This document shows, piece by piece, positions 1 through 9,079 of a stretch of 64,000 nt of DNA (its first letter is position 1; every line of letters starts with the position of its first letter). The stretch is from a virus (Duplodnaviria; Caudoviricetes): positions 1-64,000 of IMG/VR virus record IMGVR_UViG_3300026766_000001. The stretch is one strand, 5' to 3'. A program made the translations under genes and the position numbers. Under the pieces are notes generated by a model. That model was not told the origin of the DNA. It did no database searches and worked only from the letters and a program-made list of their open reading frames with translations.

Positions 1-108
1 GCGGCCTCCAACAGCGGCGACAGCGGCGCGGCCTCCAACAGCGGCGACAGCGGCGCGGCCTCCAACAGCGGCGACAGCGGCGCGGCCTCCAACAGCGGCT
101 ACAGCGGC
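1..108 (+). repeat. 27-bp tandem repeat, 4 copies, coding
   Basis: gcggcctccaacagcggcgacagcggc x3 plus one copy with gac>tac; no spacers. Confidence 0.95.
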
Positions 109-357
109 GCGGCCTCCAGTGTCGGCCGAGATGGCGTCGCTTTGGCGGCGGGAATTGCGTCCCGCGGGATGGTGTCCAACGGCAGTCTGCTGGTTCTGAT
201 CGAGCGCGACGAGAACGGGAAGATGCTCAGCTACTTCGCGGCCCGCGAGGGCGAGCGGGGAATTCAAGCTGGGCATTGGTACACGTTACGCGCGGGTTAT
301 CCTGTCGAAGTTGACGCCCTCGGCGAAGAGCTTGTCCAAAAAAGTAGCACTCTGTGA
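1..357 (+). CDS. Phage low-complexity repeat protein, C-terminal part (5' end outside window)
   Basis: Frame 1 is open from base 1: (AASNSGDSG)x3, AASNSGYSG, then ...GKMLSYFAAREGERGIQAGHWYTL, typical of phage Ala/Ser/Gly-repeat proteins. Confidence 0.75.
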   Translation, partial: AASNSGDSGAASNSGDSGAASNSGDSGAASNSGYSGAASSVGRDGVALAAGIASRGMVSNGSLLVLIERDENGKMLSYFAAREGERGIQAGHWYTLRAGYPVEVDALGEELVQKSSTL

Positions 358-368
358 GGAATCGACCA

Positions 369-736
369 TGAAGCGCGATCCTCGCAACGCGCCCATCTAC
401 TCCGCAATCGAGGCCGAACCGCCTGACGGTGCCTGGACGAAGGTAAGTTTCAAGCGGACCTGCGGGCTGGACGCCTTCCGCTGCCTGGCGCTGAGTCGCT
501 TCAACGTGGATCGGCGTACGCACCGGCCGGGACTGATGCTGAGGACTCACCGTGACGGCCTCGACCTCTATCTGAGGTTGGAACGCGAGCTGGCATCGAA
601 CACCAGGATAGCCTTCGATTACAACGGCTCCGCCTCCGCCGGCGCTTCTCCGCCCGCCGCCCTGCCGGTTTCTGCTGTCGTCCAGCCGGCCGCGCCCAGC
701 GGGTTCGGAGGAGCGCCGGGAGGGGCGGAGTCATGA
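369..736 (+). CDS. Hypothetical protein
   Basis: GAGGA RBS before ATG 369; stop overlaps next start (ATGA). Confidence 0.6.
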
Positions 737-2406
737 CGAGTATCAGCATCGGTACCGTTGCCGGCGAGGTCACACCAGTCTCGATTGACCTAGCGCGCCT
801 GTTGGAATCGCGTCTCCTCCTTCAGGCGAACAGTGGCGGAGGAAAGAGCTGGGCGCTCCGACGGCTTCTGGAGGAGAGCCATGGCCATGTGCAGCACCTG
901 GTGCTCGACGTCGAGGGTGAGTTTCACACGCTGCGCGAGAAGTTCGACTACGTGTTAGCTGCTCGCAGCGGTGGCGACACCCTGGCAGACGTTCGCGCTG
1001 CTCCTGTGCTCGCGCGGCGCATCTTGGAGTTGGGCGTCTCGGCGATCTTCGATCTGTACGAACTGCAACAAAACGACCGTATTCGGTTCGTCAAGGCGTT
1101 CCTAGAGGCGTTGATGAGCGCGCCCAAGAACCTCTGGCACAAGGCCCTCATAGTCGTCGACGAGGCGCACGTCTTCTGCCCTCAGGACAACTCAGCCGAA
1201 AGCACCGCCGCTGTGATCGATTTGATGACGCGCGGTCGGAAGCGAGGGTTCTGCGGCGTACTAGCGACTCCGCGGCTGTCCCAACTGAACAAGAACGCGG
1301 CCGGGCAAGCCAACGTCAAACTGATCGGGCGCGCGTCGCTAGACGTCGACGTCGACAGGGCGTCGAGGGAGATCGGCTTCACTAAGGCGCAGGGGATGGA
1401 ACGGCTCCGCCGGCTCCGCGACGGTCGCTTCTATGCTTTCGGTCCTGGCCTTTCTGACGAGGTGGTGGAGATCCAGGTGGGGCCAGTGCAGACGACGCAC
1501 CCACGTGCGGGTCAAGCGTCCGCGCCGATCCCTCCACCACGGGAGAAGGTGCGCAAAGTCCTGGCGCAGCTGGCCGACCTGCCGAGGGAGGCCGAAGAAG
1601 AAGCGCGCACCGCGGCCGAGCTGCGCACCGAAAACGCCCGTCTCAAGCGGGACCTGGCCGCCAAGCCGCAACCGCCAGCGCCTGCCACGCCTGTGATCGA
1701 GCGCGTGGAAGTCCCGGTGCTTCCTGGCGAGACCGCGGAACGCTTGGAGGGAGCCCTCGCGCGATGGGAAGCAGCTACTGGCCAGCTTGCCGCTGTCGGA
1801 AAGGAGGTAGCCGACGCCCTGAGAAATGCGAGAAGCCGCGATGCTCCGGTCCCACAGAGGAAGTTCGTCCTTCCCGAAACGGCAGCTCGCTCGCCGGCAA
1901 GATCACCTGGTCCGACCTCCGTCCCTGTCAACGGCGATCTCAGTGGCCCAGAGCAACGGATCGTCGACGCCATCGCATGGCTCGAGTCGATCGGCAACGC
2001 TCGGCCCCGCCAGGAAGCCGTGGCCTTTCTGGCTGGCTACACTGCTTCTGGGGGTTCTTACCAGAACACGCGCGGGAAGCTCCGTTCGGCTGAACGTATT
2101 GAATACGATGGACGCTCGCTCTGGCTTCTACCTGCCGGTCGCGCCCTCGCGCGCTTTCCCGCCGAGGCATTGACCGCGCAGGAACTGCAAGCTCGGGTAC
2201 TGGAGAAGCTGCCCGGTCCCTGTCGCAAGATCCTCGCGCCACTCCTCGTGGCGCGCGAGCTGTCGAACGATGAACTTGCGCGTCGGGCCGGCTACGAGCC
2301 GAGCGGCGGTTCCTACCAAAACAGCCGCGGGCGATTGTCAAGCTTGGGATTGATCGAATACCGTAACGGCGTGGCGCGAGCCAAGCCATTTCTATTTTTG
2401 GAGTAG
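733..2406 (+). CDS. HerA/FtsK-like (DUF87-type) ATPase with two C-terminal winged-helix repeats
   Basis: Walker A QANSGGGKS, Walker B IVVDEAH, RGRKRG motif; repeated AGY..SGGSYQN.RG.L.....IEY at the C-terminus. Confidence 0.85.
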   Translation: MTSISIGTVAGEVTPVSIDLARLLESRLLLQANSGGGKSWALRRLLEESHGHVQHLVLDVEGEFHTLREKFDYVLAARSGGDTLADVRAAPVLARRILELGVSAIFDLYELQQNDRIRFVKAFLEALMSAPKNLWHKALIVVDEAHVFCPQDNSAESTAAVIDLMTRGRKRGFCGVLATPRLSQLNKNAAGQANVKLIGRASLDVDVDRASREIGFTKAQGMERLRRLRDGRFYAFGPGLSDEVVEIQVGPVQTTHPRAGQASAPIPPPREKVRKVLAQLADLPREAEEEARTAAELRTENARLKRDLAAKPQPPAPATPVIERVEVPVLPGETAERLEGALARWEAATGQLAAVGKEVADALRNARSRDAPVPQRKFVLPETAARSPARSPGPTSVPVNGDLSGPEQRIVDAIAWLESIGNARPRQEAVAFLAGYTASGGSYQNTRGKLRSAERIEYDGRSLWLLPAGRALARFPAEALTAQELQARVLEKLPGPCRKILAPLLVARELSNDELARRAGYEPSGGSYQNSRGRLSSLGLIEYRNGVARAKPFLFLE

Positions 2407-2504
2407 CGATGCTCAAAGACATATGCTGCCATGGGGGAGCGCTGACCCAGGTGGCTGTTGGATAGTAACTAGTTACCGTCACGTTTACCAGGAGAGTCAC
2501 CGTC

Positions 2505-4526
2505 ATGTCACCGTCACCAGAGCAGTACCGGGACCAACCCGGAGCCATCCCTCTCACCTCAACCAACGTAGCGCCGCGCAAGGGTAGCCAGCTCGTCGGT
2601 TACGTACCCTTCGGTCTTACAGCAGTCGTCGGCGAAAACGAGGCCGGCAAGAGCCGCCTTCTCTCCGCGCTGTTGGCGATCCCACTGGAGGCCAAGCATC
2701 CAGAGGACCTGGTCACCGTGACTCGTGGCGAGTCCACGGCCAGCGTGTCCCTCGGCGCCGCCGAGTTGCGTATTGAGGAGCGCGTCGCCGGCGGAGTCGC
2801 GAAGCGAAGGCCGCAGCGCGCCGGCGCCGCAGCCACGTCTGCGCCGATCGGAAGGCTGCCCGACCCGATCGGCCTGATGATCTCGGGGGGCGACCACGTC
2901 GACCCCGACGCCAACTGGCGGACGCGTCTCAAAGCGTTGTTGGCGTTTTACCCGGTGGCGGTGAACGAGGAGCGCCTCGCCGCACTGTCCGGATGTTTGC
3001 CTAATCCAGATGGCGATGTTGCCGGCGAGCTGCAGGACGCGCACGGTGCCTCACCGTTCCCGTCGCTCCTCGAGGCCGCGGACTGGCTGGCCGACGGCAA
3101 GCGAGGCATCCTCCACAAGAGAAAACGCCAGGCCAAAGACGAAGCGGAGAAGGCCGCCGCCGCGGTGGAGCGTCAGTATGGGAAGCTTTCGGAGTTGCAG
3201 CGCAGCGCAGCCGCGGCCGCCGGCCTGGAACTGGAGGATGACCGCCTGCGCCGCGGCCTCGAGGAAAACAACCCCCTCATGGCCGGTGCCCAAGACCACC
3301 ACCGCCAGTTGGCCACAGCGCTGGCCACCTTGGAAGTTCGCCTGTCGGACCGCATGCGTGCGGTGGGGGAACGCGCCAGTCTACGAGCCACAATTGGGGA
3401 GCGGCCGGGATCCCAATCGGAGGAAGAGCTCCTCGCTGGTGTCCAAGAGGCGCAACGCGAGTCTGAGGTGGAGCTGGCGCGGATCCGCGAGTCCGTCGCA
3501 GTCGTAAGGGAGCGCACCATCCATGCGGATGCCGGCCGGGGTGAGCGTCTCACAGCTCTAACGGAGGCGGCGGAAGCATGGGGGACGGCGACTGGCCAGC
3601 TCCAGCGCACGCTGCCCACCTGGGGCCACGATGGGTCCGCCCTGCACGCCAAGGACCTACTCGGCCCTGTCAGATCCACGCTGCTGGCGCTCGAATATCA
3701 CATCGAGGCGCTGGTTTCCGCAGACGAGGCCTGCGCCAAAGCGGGCGCCGAATCCGCGGCCGTAGAGCAGGCGCTCGTCGCTGCAGAGACTAGCGCCCGA
3801 GAGCTGGAGGAGATGCGCAAGGACGCGGACGCCAGGTTGGCCGCAGCTCGTTCTCGCCAAGAGGCGTGGGCCCGAATTCAGCGCGAGCTCGCGACCAAGC
3901 TGGAGCCCATCAACCCAGGCCCCCTGGAAGAGGTCGTACGGGCACCGCTGTCCGCCTTCCTGATCGCAGAAGAGCCCGAGCTCGACTCCATACGTCACGA
4001 AGTGATAGAGGCCGCCAAGGCCGCCGTAAAAGACGCGGCTGGCCTGGCAGCGCTCGCGGAGGCCGCCCCCCGCTACCGCGAAGCCAAGGCTGCCCACCAG
4101 AGGCTGGAGGTCGAAGCCGCCGCGGCTACCGACCGGTCCGAGCGCCTTGAGGCCGCCGCGCACTCGACCTGGGACCGGCTGGGCGACGTCATCTCGAGCG
4201 CGCTGCTCTCGCGCTTCGTGCGCGTCGGGAAGAGGACGATCGAGGTCTCGTTGGACGATGGCCGATGGGTGGACGTGGCCGACGACGTCGAGCTCTCCCA
4301 AGGGAGGCTGCGCCGGGCTTTCCTTGACTTCTATCTCGAAAGGACCGATGCGGGCGAGCGAACGGTGGTGGTGTCGGACGACGTCATGCTACCCATCGGG
4401 TTGGACGGTCGCAGCGAGATCAACGCGCGCGCCGCCGCGAAGCAAATCCGCCTCATCTTCGAACAGCCGCGAATCGGTGACGATGCGCCGGGCCTCCACT
4501 TGGTCTGGTACGGAGATGCTCAGTGA
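2505..4526 (+). CDS. Rad50/SMC-like ATPase with long coiled coil
   Basis: N-terminal VVGENEAGKS Walker A, long A/E/R heptad region, C-terminal LSQG signature-like and VVVSDD Walker B-like motifs. Confidence 0.7.
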   Translation: MSPSPEQYRDQPGAIPLTSTNVAPRKGSQLVGYVPFGLTAVVGENEAGKSRLLSALLAIPLEAKHPEDLVTVTRGESTASVSLGAAELRIEERVAGGVAKRRPQRAGAAATSAPIGRLPDPIGLMISGGDHVDPDANWRTRLKALLAFYPVAVNEERLAALSGCLPNPDGDVAGELQDAHGASPFPSLLEAADWLADGKRGILHKRKRQAKDEAEKAAAAVERQYGKLSELQRSAAAAAGLELEDDRLRRGLEENNPLMAGAQDHHRQLATALATLEVRLSDRMRAVGERASLRATIGERPGSQSEEELLAGVQEAQRESEVELARIRESVAVVRERTIHADAGRGERLTALTEAAEAWGTATGQLQRTLPTWGHDGSALHAKDLLGPVRSTLLALEYHIEALVSADEACAKAGAESAAVEQALVAAETSARELEEMRKDADARLAAARSRQEAWARIQRELATKLEPINPGPLEEVVRAPLSAFLIAEEPELDSIRHEVIEAAKAAVKDAAGLAALAEAAPRYREAKAAHQRLEVEAAAATDRSERLEAAAHSTWDRLGDVISSALLSRFVRVGKRTIEVSLDDGRWVDVADDVELSQGRLRRAFLDFYLERTDAGERTVVVSDDVMLPIGLDGRSEINARAAAKQIRLIFEQPRIGDDAPGLHLVWYGDAQ

Positions 4527-4688
4527 CGAGGGTTCTCTTTGTCCTGAACGCCGCCACGGTCGCGGGCTTCACCGCCTGCGCCCTCAGCTCGGGCATTACG
4601 CCCGAATGGTTGCACGCGAGCGTAGCGCCCTGGGAATGATTGGCTGCGCCTGCTGCGCTTGGCTTGTTGTCTCAGAAAGGAGGAAGCG

Positions 4689-5060
4689 TTGTTACAAGGA
4701 ATCGTAAAGTGGTTCAGCGAGTCGAAAAACTATGGGTTCATCACGCCGGCGGAGGGCGGCGAGGACGTGTTCGTTCACGGGTCGGACGTCCGTGACCGGT
4801 CGCGCCTGCTGGAGCAGGGCGATACGGTGTGGTTCGAGGTCGTGAACGGGTCGAGAGGAAGGCACGCCAAGGAGGTGACGCGAGAAGGACCGGACGGACG
4901 CCTCCCGCCGATCGAGGTCGAGATTCCCTCTGCCGGCTACCTGACCGTGGAGAAGGTGGGGCATCGAGTCATCTTGCAGGCCTTCACTCGCGGCGTGAGG
5001 CCTGGTAGTTCAGCCGTCCTGACCCTGCACGACGGCGACGAGAGAGTGGTATTGCCGTAA
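4689..5060 (+). CDS. Cold-shock domain protein with C-terminal extension
   Basis: GIVKWF..KNYGFI (RNP1) and DVFVH (RNP2); AGGAGG RBS before TTG 4689. Confidence 0.9.
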   Translation: MLQGIVKWFSESKNYGFITPAEGGEDVFVHGSDVRDRSRLLEQGDTVWFEVVNGSRGRHAKEVTREGPDGRLPPIEVEIPSAGYLTVEKVGHRVILQAFTRGVRPGSSAVLTLHDGDERVVLP

Positions 5061-5335
5061 TGCCTGCTACCGCGAAGGACCCCGTGATGCTCGACCGCGA
5101 GCTGCTCGCGAGAATCGAGGCAGTCCTCTCGCGCGCGATCGTCCGGTGGTGCGCTTCTGGAAGCGATGGCATGCGGAGCCACGGGGAGGAGGCGCAGGGG
5201 GTGCTCTTGGACCTCAAGGCTGGGATCGCCCGGTACGACACCTTGGCGACGCTGTGGAGCGCAGCGCAGATGCCCGCAGCCCCTCCGTCACCTCCACCTC
5301 CGACTGAGCCAAGCGGCCAAGAAAGCGGGCGTTAA
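5060..5335 (+). CDS. Hypothetical protein
   Basis: Start overlaps previous stop (TAATG); same operon orientation. Confidence 0.55.
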   Translation: MPATAKDPVMLDRELLARIEAVLSRAIVRWCASGSDGMRSHGEEAQGVLLDLKAGIARYDTLATLWSAAQMPAAPPSPPPPTEPSGQESGR

Positions 5336-5338
5336 GCC

Positions 5339-5512
5339 TTGACCATCCAGTGCCCGTATTGCAAGGCGGAGGTGATGGTGGTATCCGCCAGGTTGGCGAA
5401 TCACCTCGTGCCGGGCATCGCGGCTCCCTGCGTTGGATCGGGCGCGAGCGCGACTGAAGCGGCCAATATAAACCACGAGCACCAGTTGATCCGTAAAAAG
5501 TTCAACCGCTGA
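5339..5512 (+). CDS. Small zinc-finger-like protein (absent from ORF track)
   Basis: MTIQCPYCKAEV...NH...PCVGSG, CxxC-H-C pattern; fills the operon gap. Confidence 0.55.
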   Translation: MTIQCPYCKAEVMVVSARLANHLVPGIAAPCVGSGASATEAANINHEHQLIRKKFNR

Positions 5513-5529
5513 ACAGGAGACTAAAGTCA

Positions 5530-5853
5530 ATGTCAACGAGAACGCCGAGACTACAAAGACCTCTTCCGGGAGCGCCGGCACGGTCCCCGTCGAAGAAGCT
5601 TCATTTTCACCTACTAGTGCCTATAGACCGCGTGACGGCGATCGGCACGCGCACTGGACGCACACAGGCGGAGGTCAAGGGATACTTGGAGGGCATGGTC
5701 GAACGAATCCTTATGGATTGTGAGACAGCGCTCTCGAAGCTGTACCTGCAGGAGCTCGCGGACAAGACGCGAGCCGTCCAGCAGAACCTCGAGTTGTACG
5801 AACGAGAGCAGGCCGCGCGCGCGGTATCCGCGCAAGTTGAGGTCGAGCCATGA
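5530..5853 (+). CDS. Hypothetical protein, possibly DNA-binding
   Basis: AGGAG RBS; stop coupled to next start. Confidence 0.55.
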   Translation: MSTRTPRLQRPLPGAPARSPSKKLHFHLLVPIDRVTAIGTRTGRTQAEVKGYLEGMVERILMDCETALSKLYLQELADKTRAVQQNLELYEREQAARAVSAQVEVEP

Positions 5854-6434
5854 GCACGCCCAAACCGTTGGACAGCTCTGTGTTGTGGTTCACCACCACG
5901 GCCAACACCGCGGTCTTCATCGGTCGCTACCACAAAGCGACAGCGTTCGCGCACACCAGGGAATTCGGTGACACCATTGTAGGCCAGCGCCTAGATCACT
6001 TTCCGTCGGATTCGATCTCCTTCGTTCCTTGGGGCAGCGTTAACGCCTGGGGCTCCATCCCGACCAGCGTAGCGGATGCGATCGGGCGGGTACTCGGCGA
6101 GCGCGAGGCCCTCGACCAAGGGCGGGGAGCAACCGACGGCGAAGTCCGCCTCGTCGACAAAATCCTTCGCCGCACAGATGCGATCGAGAACACGAAGATG
6201 GCGGCCGACGTCGCCGCTGCCTCGCTCGCGGAGGCGCTCGGGTGGGACGAGGACGCAGAGATGCTGGCCGGTCGGGTGATCTACTTGGCGCTCAGCGAAG
6301 TCGGTTGGAGCCTCCGCGCCGACCCCGCCTCGCACTTCAACTGGGGCAGTGCGCAGCCAGTTCCCGTGGCTCCTGCGAGCAGCGCAGCGAAAGCCGCCGC
6401 CGGCCCAGGCGCCGCGGGTGAGGTAGGGCCGTGA
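5850..6434 (+). CDS. Hypothetical protein
   Basis: ATGA and GTGA overlaps at both ends. Confidence 0.6.
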   Translation: MSTPKPLDSSVLWFTTTANTAVFIGRYHKATAFAHTREFGDTIVGQRLDHFPSDSISFVPWGSVNAWGSIPTSVADAIGRVLGEREALDQGRGATDGEVRLVDKILRRTDAIENTKMAADVAAASLAEALGWDEDAEMLAGRVIYLALSEVGWSLRADPASHFNWGSAQPVPVAPASSAAKAAAGPGAAGEVGP

Positions 6435-6653
6435 GCCGCCGCAGGCAATTGGTAGAGCAGGACCTCCGGGACCTCGTGCGGGTCGTGGAGGTCGAGCTCC
6501 GGGAGGCCAAGAGGAAAGCCGGGAGGTACGCGCCCGGTTGGCACCGGGCTCAGGGTGGCCTGCTGGCCCTATCGAAACTGAAGGCGGATGTAAAGTCGTT
6601 CCTGGCCAGGCCGCCGTTACCCTGGTGGCACAAAAGCCAACCGGAGGTAACCC

Positions 6654-7136
6654 ATGAGCGACATCGTTGTCACCGTCCCCAAGAATCTCTGGCTCGACTG
6701 GATCGAGGAGGGCGATCTGCCGGGCGAGCCCTGGGGCGGGGACTATTGGAGCTACTACTGTGCGACCCCTGGGCTTCCGGAGCGAGTTGTATTGAGCGGA
6801 CTGCGGTGGTCGACTCATGGCCGCGATGAATTCACCGACAATCCCGCTCCGCAGCAGGCGCCGGAGTGGGGTCAACTTGCTGGCGCTGATCGCGAGTGGA
6901 GGCTCTGCGCCGTCGACCAACGTTGCTACGTGGTGGCTCACAGACGCCTGCGCGGCTACGCTCCGCTGTTTGCGCTTGAGGCCGACGCACGGAGCGGGGC
7001 GCTAAAGGCGTTCATCCGCCGTGGCGATGCCGTCGCCGTCTCGATCCCGGAACCCATTCGCGGCTTCCAGGGCTGGCGCTATCGTTGGTGGGAACGTAGC
7101 GCAGAGACCCCCTTCCCGGATTGGAGGACTCCGTGA
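6654..7136 (+). CDS. Phage protein, possibly ASCH/PUA-like
   Basis: GGAGG RBS; MSDIVVTVPK..W..W..EGD and HRRLRGY pattern; fold assignment tentative. Confidence 0.5.
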   Translation: MSDIVVTVPKNLWLDWIEEGDLPGEPWGGDYWSYYCATPGLPERVVLSGLRWSTHGRDEFTDNPAPQQAPEWGQLAGADREWRLCAVDQRCYVVAHRRLRGYAPLFALEADARSGALKAFIRRGDAVAVSIPEPIRGFQGWRYRWWERSAETPFPDWRTP

Positions 7137-7471
7137 CCGCCCTTCCGAGCGGAAGGAGGAGGGGCGACATGATCCGGCCGCTCAAGAGATCAATGCCGGC
7201 CTACCGATCGGTCGAGATGAATATTTGGTGGGCGATAGCCGTCCGGTTCAACCTGCCGCAGGAACTGTCTGAGGCGGTCACGATGGCCGACAACCGGATG
7301 CTTCAAACGGAACGGCGAGATCTGATGACCAATCCTTACGGACGCGCGTGGTATCTCGACAAAAAAGGGGTGCTGCCCTACCCGATCAAGATTGTGCCCT
7401 GGTCACCCAAGAAGGCTCGCGCGGCATTCTTGGACCGGTTTGCCGTTGTCGGGCCAGACGCTGGCAAGTGA
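7133..7471 (+). pseudogene. YfdR/YfbR-like HD phosphohydrolase lacking its HD catalytic segment
   Basis: GDMIRPLKRSMPAYRSVE...AIAVRFNLP.E.SEAV..ADNRMLQTERRDLM matches the family C-terminal half; the H...HD segment is absent. Confidence 0.7.
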
Positions 7472-7487
7472 ACCTCCGAGAACCGGT

Positions 7488-8108
7488 CTACGCTACCAGC
7501 CGCTCGCCCTTCTCGAAACGCCGCCTTAGCTCCGGAAGCGTCAGGCCGGTGCGCAACTGCCAGTGCGGGCGGTCTTTTTTCTTGCCGGTCCAGTCCCCGC
7601 CCCACTCCAGTCCGACGATGGCCTTGCCGACCTCGCCGGCGCGATCGTAGAGGGCAATTTCCTCGTCCGTCTTGCCCTCCAAGAAGTGGCCGGACCGCCA
7701 GATACCGAGGTCTACGGCGATCGCGAAGTTGTGGAGCGACTGCCCGGCACGGGCCCAGGTGACGATGTCTCCCGGCGTCGTGCGCCCCTGCTGGAAGAGC
7801 GCGTCTTGCTCGGTATAGGACCTGGTGCCGGACACCACCCGCGCGTCGACCTTGGCGTCCGCCAGGCGCCGCAAGAGCTCCCTGGCGAGGCGTTGCATGG
7901 CAGGCAGGACACCGTGCAACGCCGCCTCCGTCCTGGGGTCTCTCGTGCCGTAGGTAGCCTGCCGAGACCGGTAGAGATCGTCCCATGCCGTCGCCGCGGC
8001 GCTGGTGAGGGGGCCCCACCTCGAGTCCAGCTTACCGCGGTACAGGCCGGCGCAGCTGTAGAGGCGCTGCCAGTGGAGGACGTCTGCCGCCGAGAGGGGC
8101 GAGCTCAG
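7488..8108 (-). CDS. Endolysin: peptidoglycan-binding motif plus M15C L-Ala-D-Glu peptidase
   Basis: GLYRGKLDSRWGPLT binding-like motif; SGTRSYTEQDALFQQGRT..G.IVT.ARAGQSLHNFAIAVD and EWGGDW...DRPHWQ; probable CTG start at 8108. Confidence 0.9.
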   Translation of the reverse strand: MSSPLSAADVLHWQRLYSCAGLYRGKLDSRWGPLTSAAATAWDDLYRSRQATYGTRDPRTEAALHGVLPAMQRLARELLRRLADAKVDARVVSGTRSYTEQDALFQQGRTTPGDIVTWARAGQSLHNFAIAVDLGIWRSGHFLEGKTDEEIALYDRAGEVGKAIVGLEWGGDWTGKKKDRPHWQLRTGLTLPELRRRFEKGERLVA

Positions 8109-8455
8109 GATTCCTCCGGCGGCCAGGGTTGGATGGAGGCGGTCAGGCCGGCGAGTTGATGAGTGCAGTCGCCCAGGAACTGGATCTGCCCGGCGCGAAT
8201 GTAGCTGTGGCAGCGCTTGGCCGGAAGCTCCTTCGAATGCTCGGATGTTGCCGGGTACGCCGGGATCGTCACCAGCAGCGAGGGGTTGAACGTCGGCTGC
8301 GCTCGGTTCCCGTCCCAAGTCCACGTCGGCGGCGGCCCCTTGACGCGCACTACGTGAGCGAAACCGCAGCCGGGGCAATCGAAGATGAAGGCGCCGTCCT
8401 CCACCTCGCCGTCAGCGGTGTGCGCCACCGTCCAGTTGCCCGACAAGTCGATCAT
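8105..8455 (-). CDS. DUF6527-like Cys/His metal-binding protein
   Basis: FDCPGCGFAH...WTWDGN..QPTFNPSLLV...RCHSYIRAGQIQFLGDCTH.LAG. Confidence 0.8.
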   Translation of the reverse strand: MIDLSGNWTVAHTADGEVEDGAFIFDCPGCGFAHVVRVKGPPPTWTWDGNRAQPTFNPSLLVTIPAYPATSEHSKELPAKRCHSYIRAGQIQFLGDCTHQLAGLTASIQPWPPEES

Positions 8456-8466
8456 GGACGATCCCG

Positions 8467-9079
8467 CTAAATCCGGTTCAGTACTTCGGTGGGAACGCCC
8501 GGCTTCGGACGCAGCCAGTGCATGCCGTCGCCCTCCTGGGCCCATCCACGCACCCTTACGCCGTTGAAGAACCGGCAGTCGTGACTCCAAGCGCCTGCGT
8601 AGGAGGAGTCGGAGGTCTCCGCGAGCAACCGAGAGAGAAGGGGCGATTCGAGCCACAGCTCCGCGCCCTGCCTGCAGGCCTCCCGCGAGGCGTCCAGGAC
8701 AGCGAAGAACAGCGGGTGCCGGGGCTGGACGGTCGGCCCGCGCTCGGCGCCGTCCAGGTTGCGGAAGACCAGATCGCTGCTCTCGCATCCGGTGAAGTGA
8801 TCCAGGACCTCGATGCGCTGGCTTGCCGCGAAGTCCGCCAGGACTTCCTGCAGGAGCGGGTCCCCGGGCACAGCCTTCCGGGCCATGGCGAAGGCAAAGA
8901 CCCACAAGGCGTGCGCGTAGGTGCCGCGAGAACGGCGCCTGGCGGGGCTGAACCTCCTCGATCAAGCGCCTTGGTGCCGTCACGTAGGCGCCCGCCGGCT
9001 TCAGGGCGAGCTCGGCCGCGATGTCCCGCAGCATGGGGTTTTTGATCCAGCTGTTCACGAAGGAGGACAAGTCGCTCAT
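8467..9079 (-). pseudogene. Hypothetical protein split by one frameshift
   Basis: MSDLSSFVNSW...EEVQP from ATG 9079 continues as ...GTYAHALWVFAFAM... in the adjacent frame near 8910-8960. Confidence 0.55.

Noticed and set aside
1-108. CRISPR array
   Set aside because: Units are head-to-tail with no spacers and are in-frame coding; no cas genes
4523-4707. Small two-TM gene split by a frameshift
   Set aside because: Two short hydrophobic ORFs could join with one added base, but there is no recognisable family to support it
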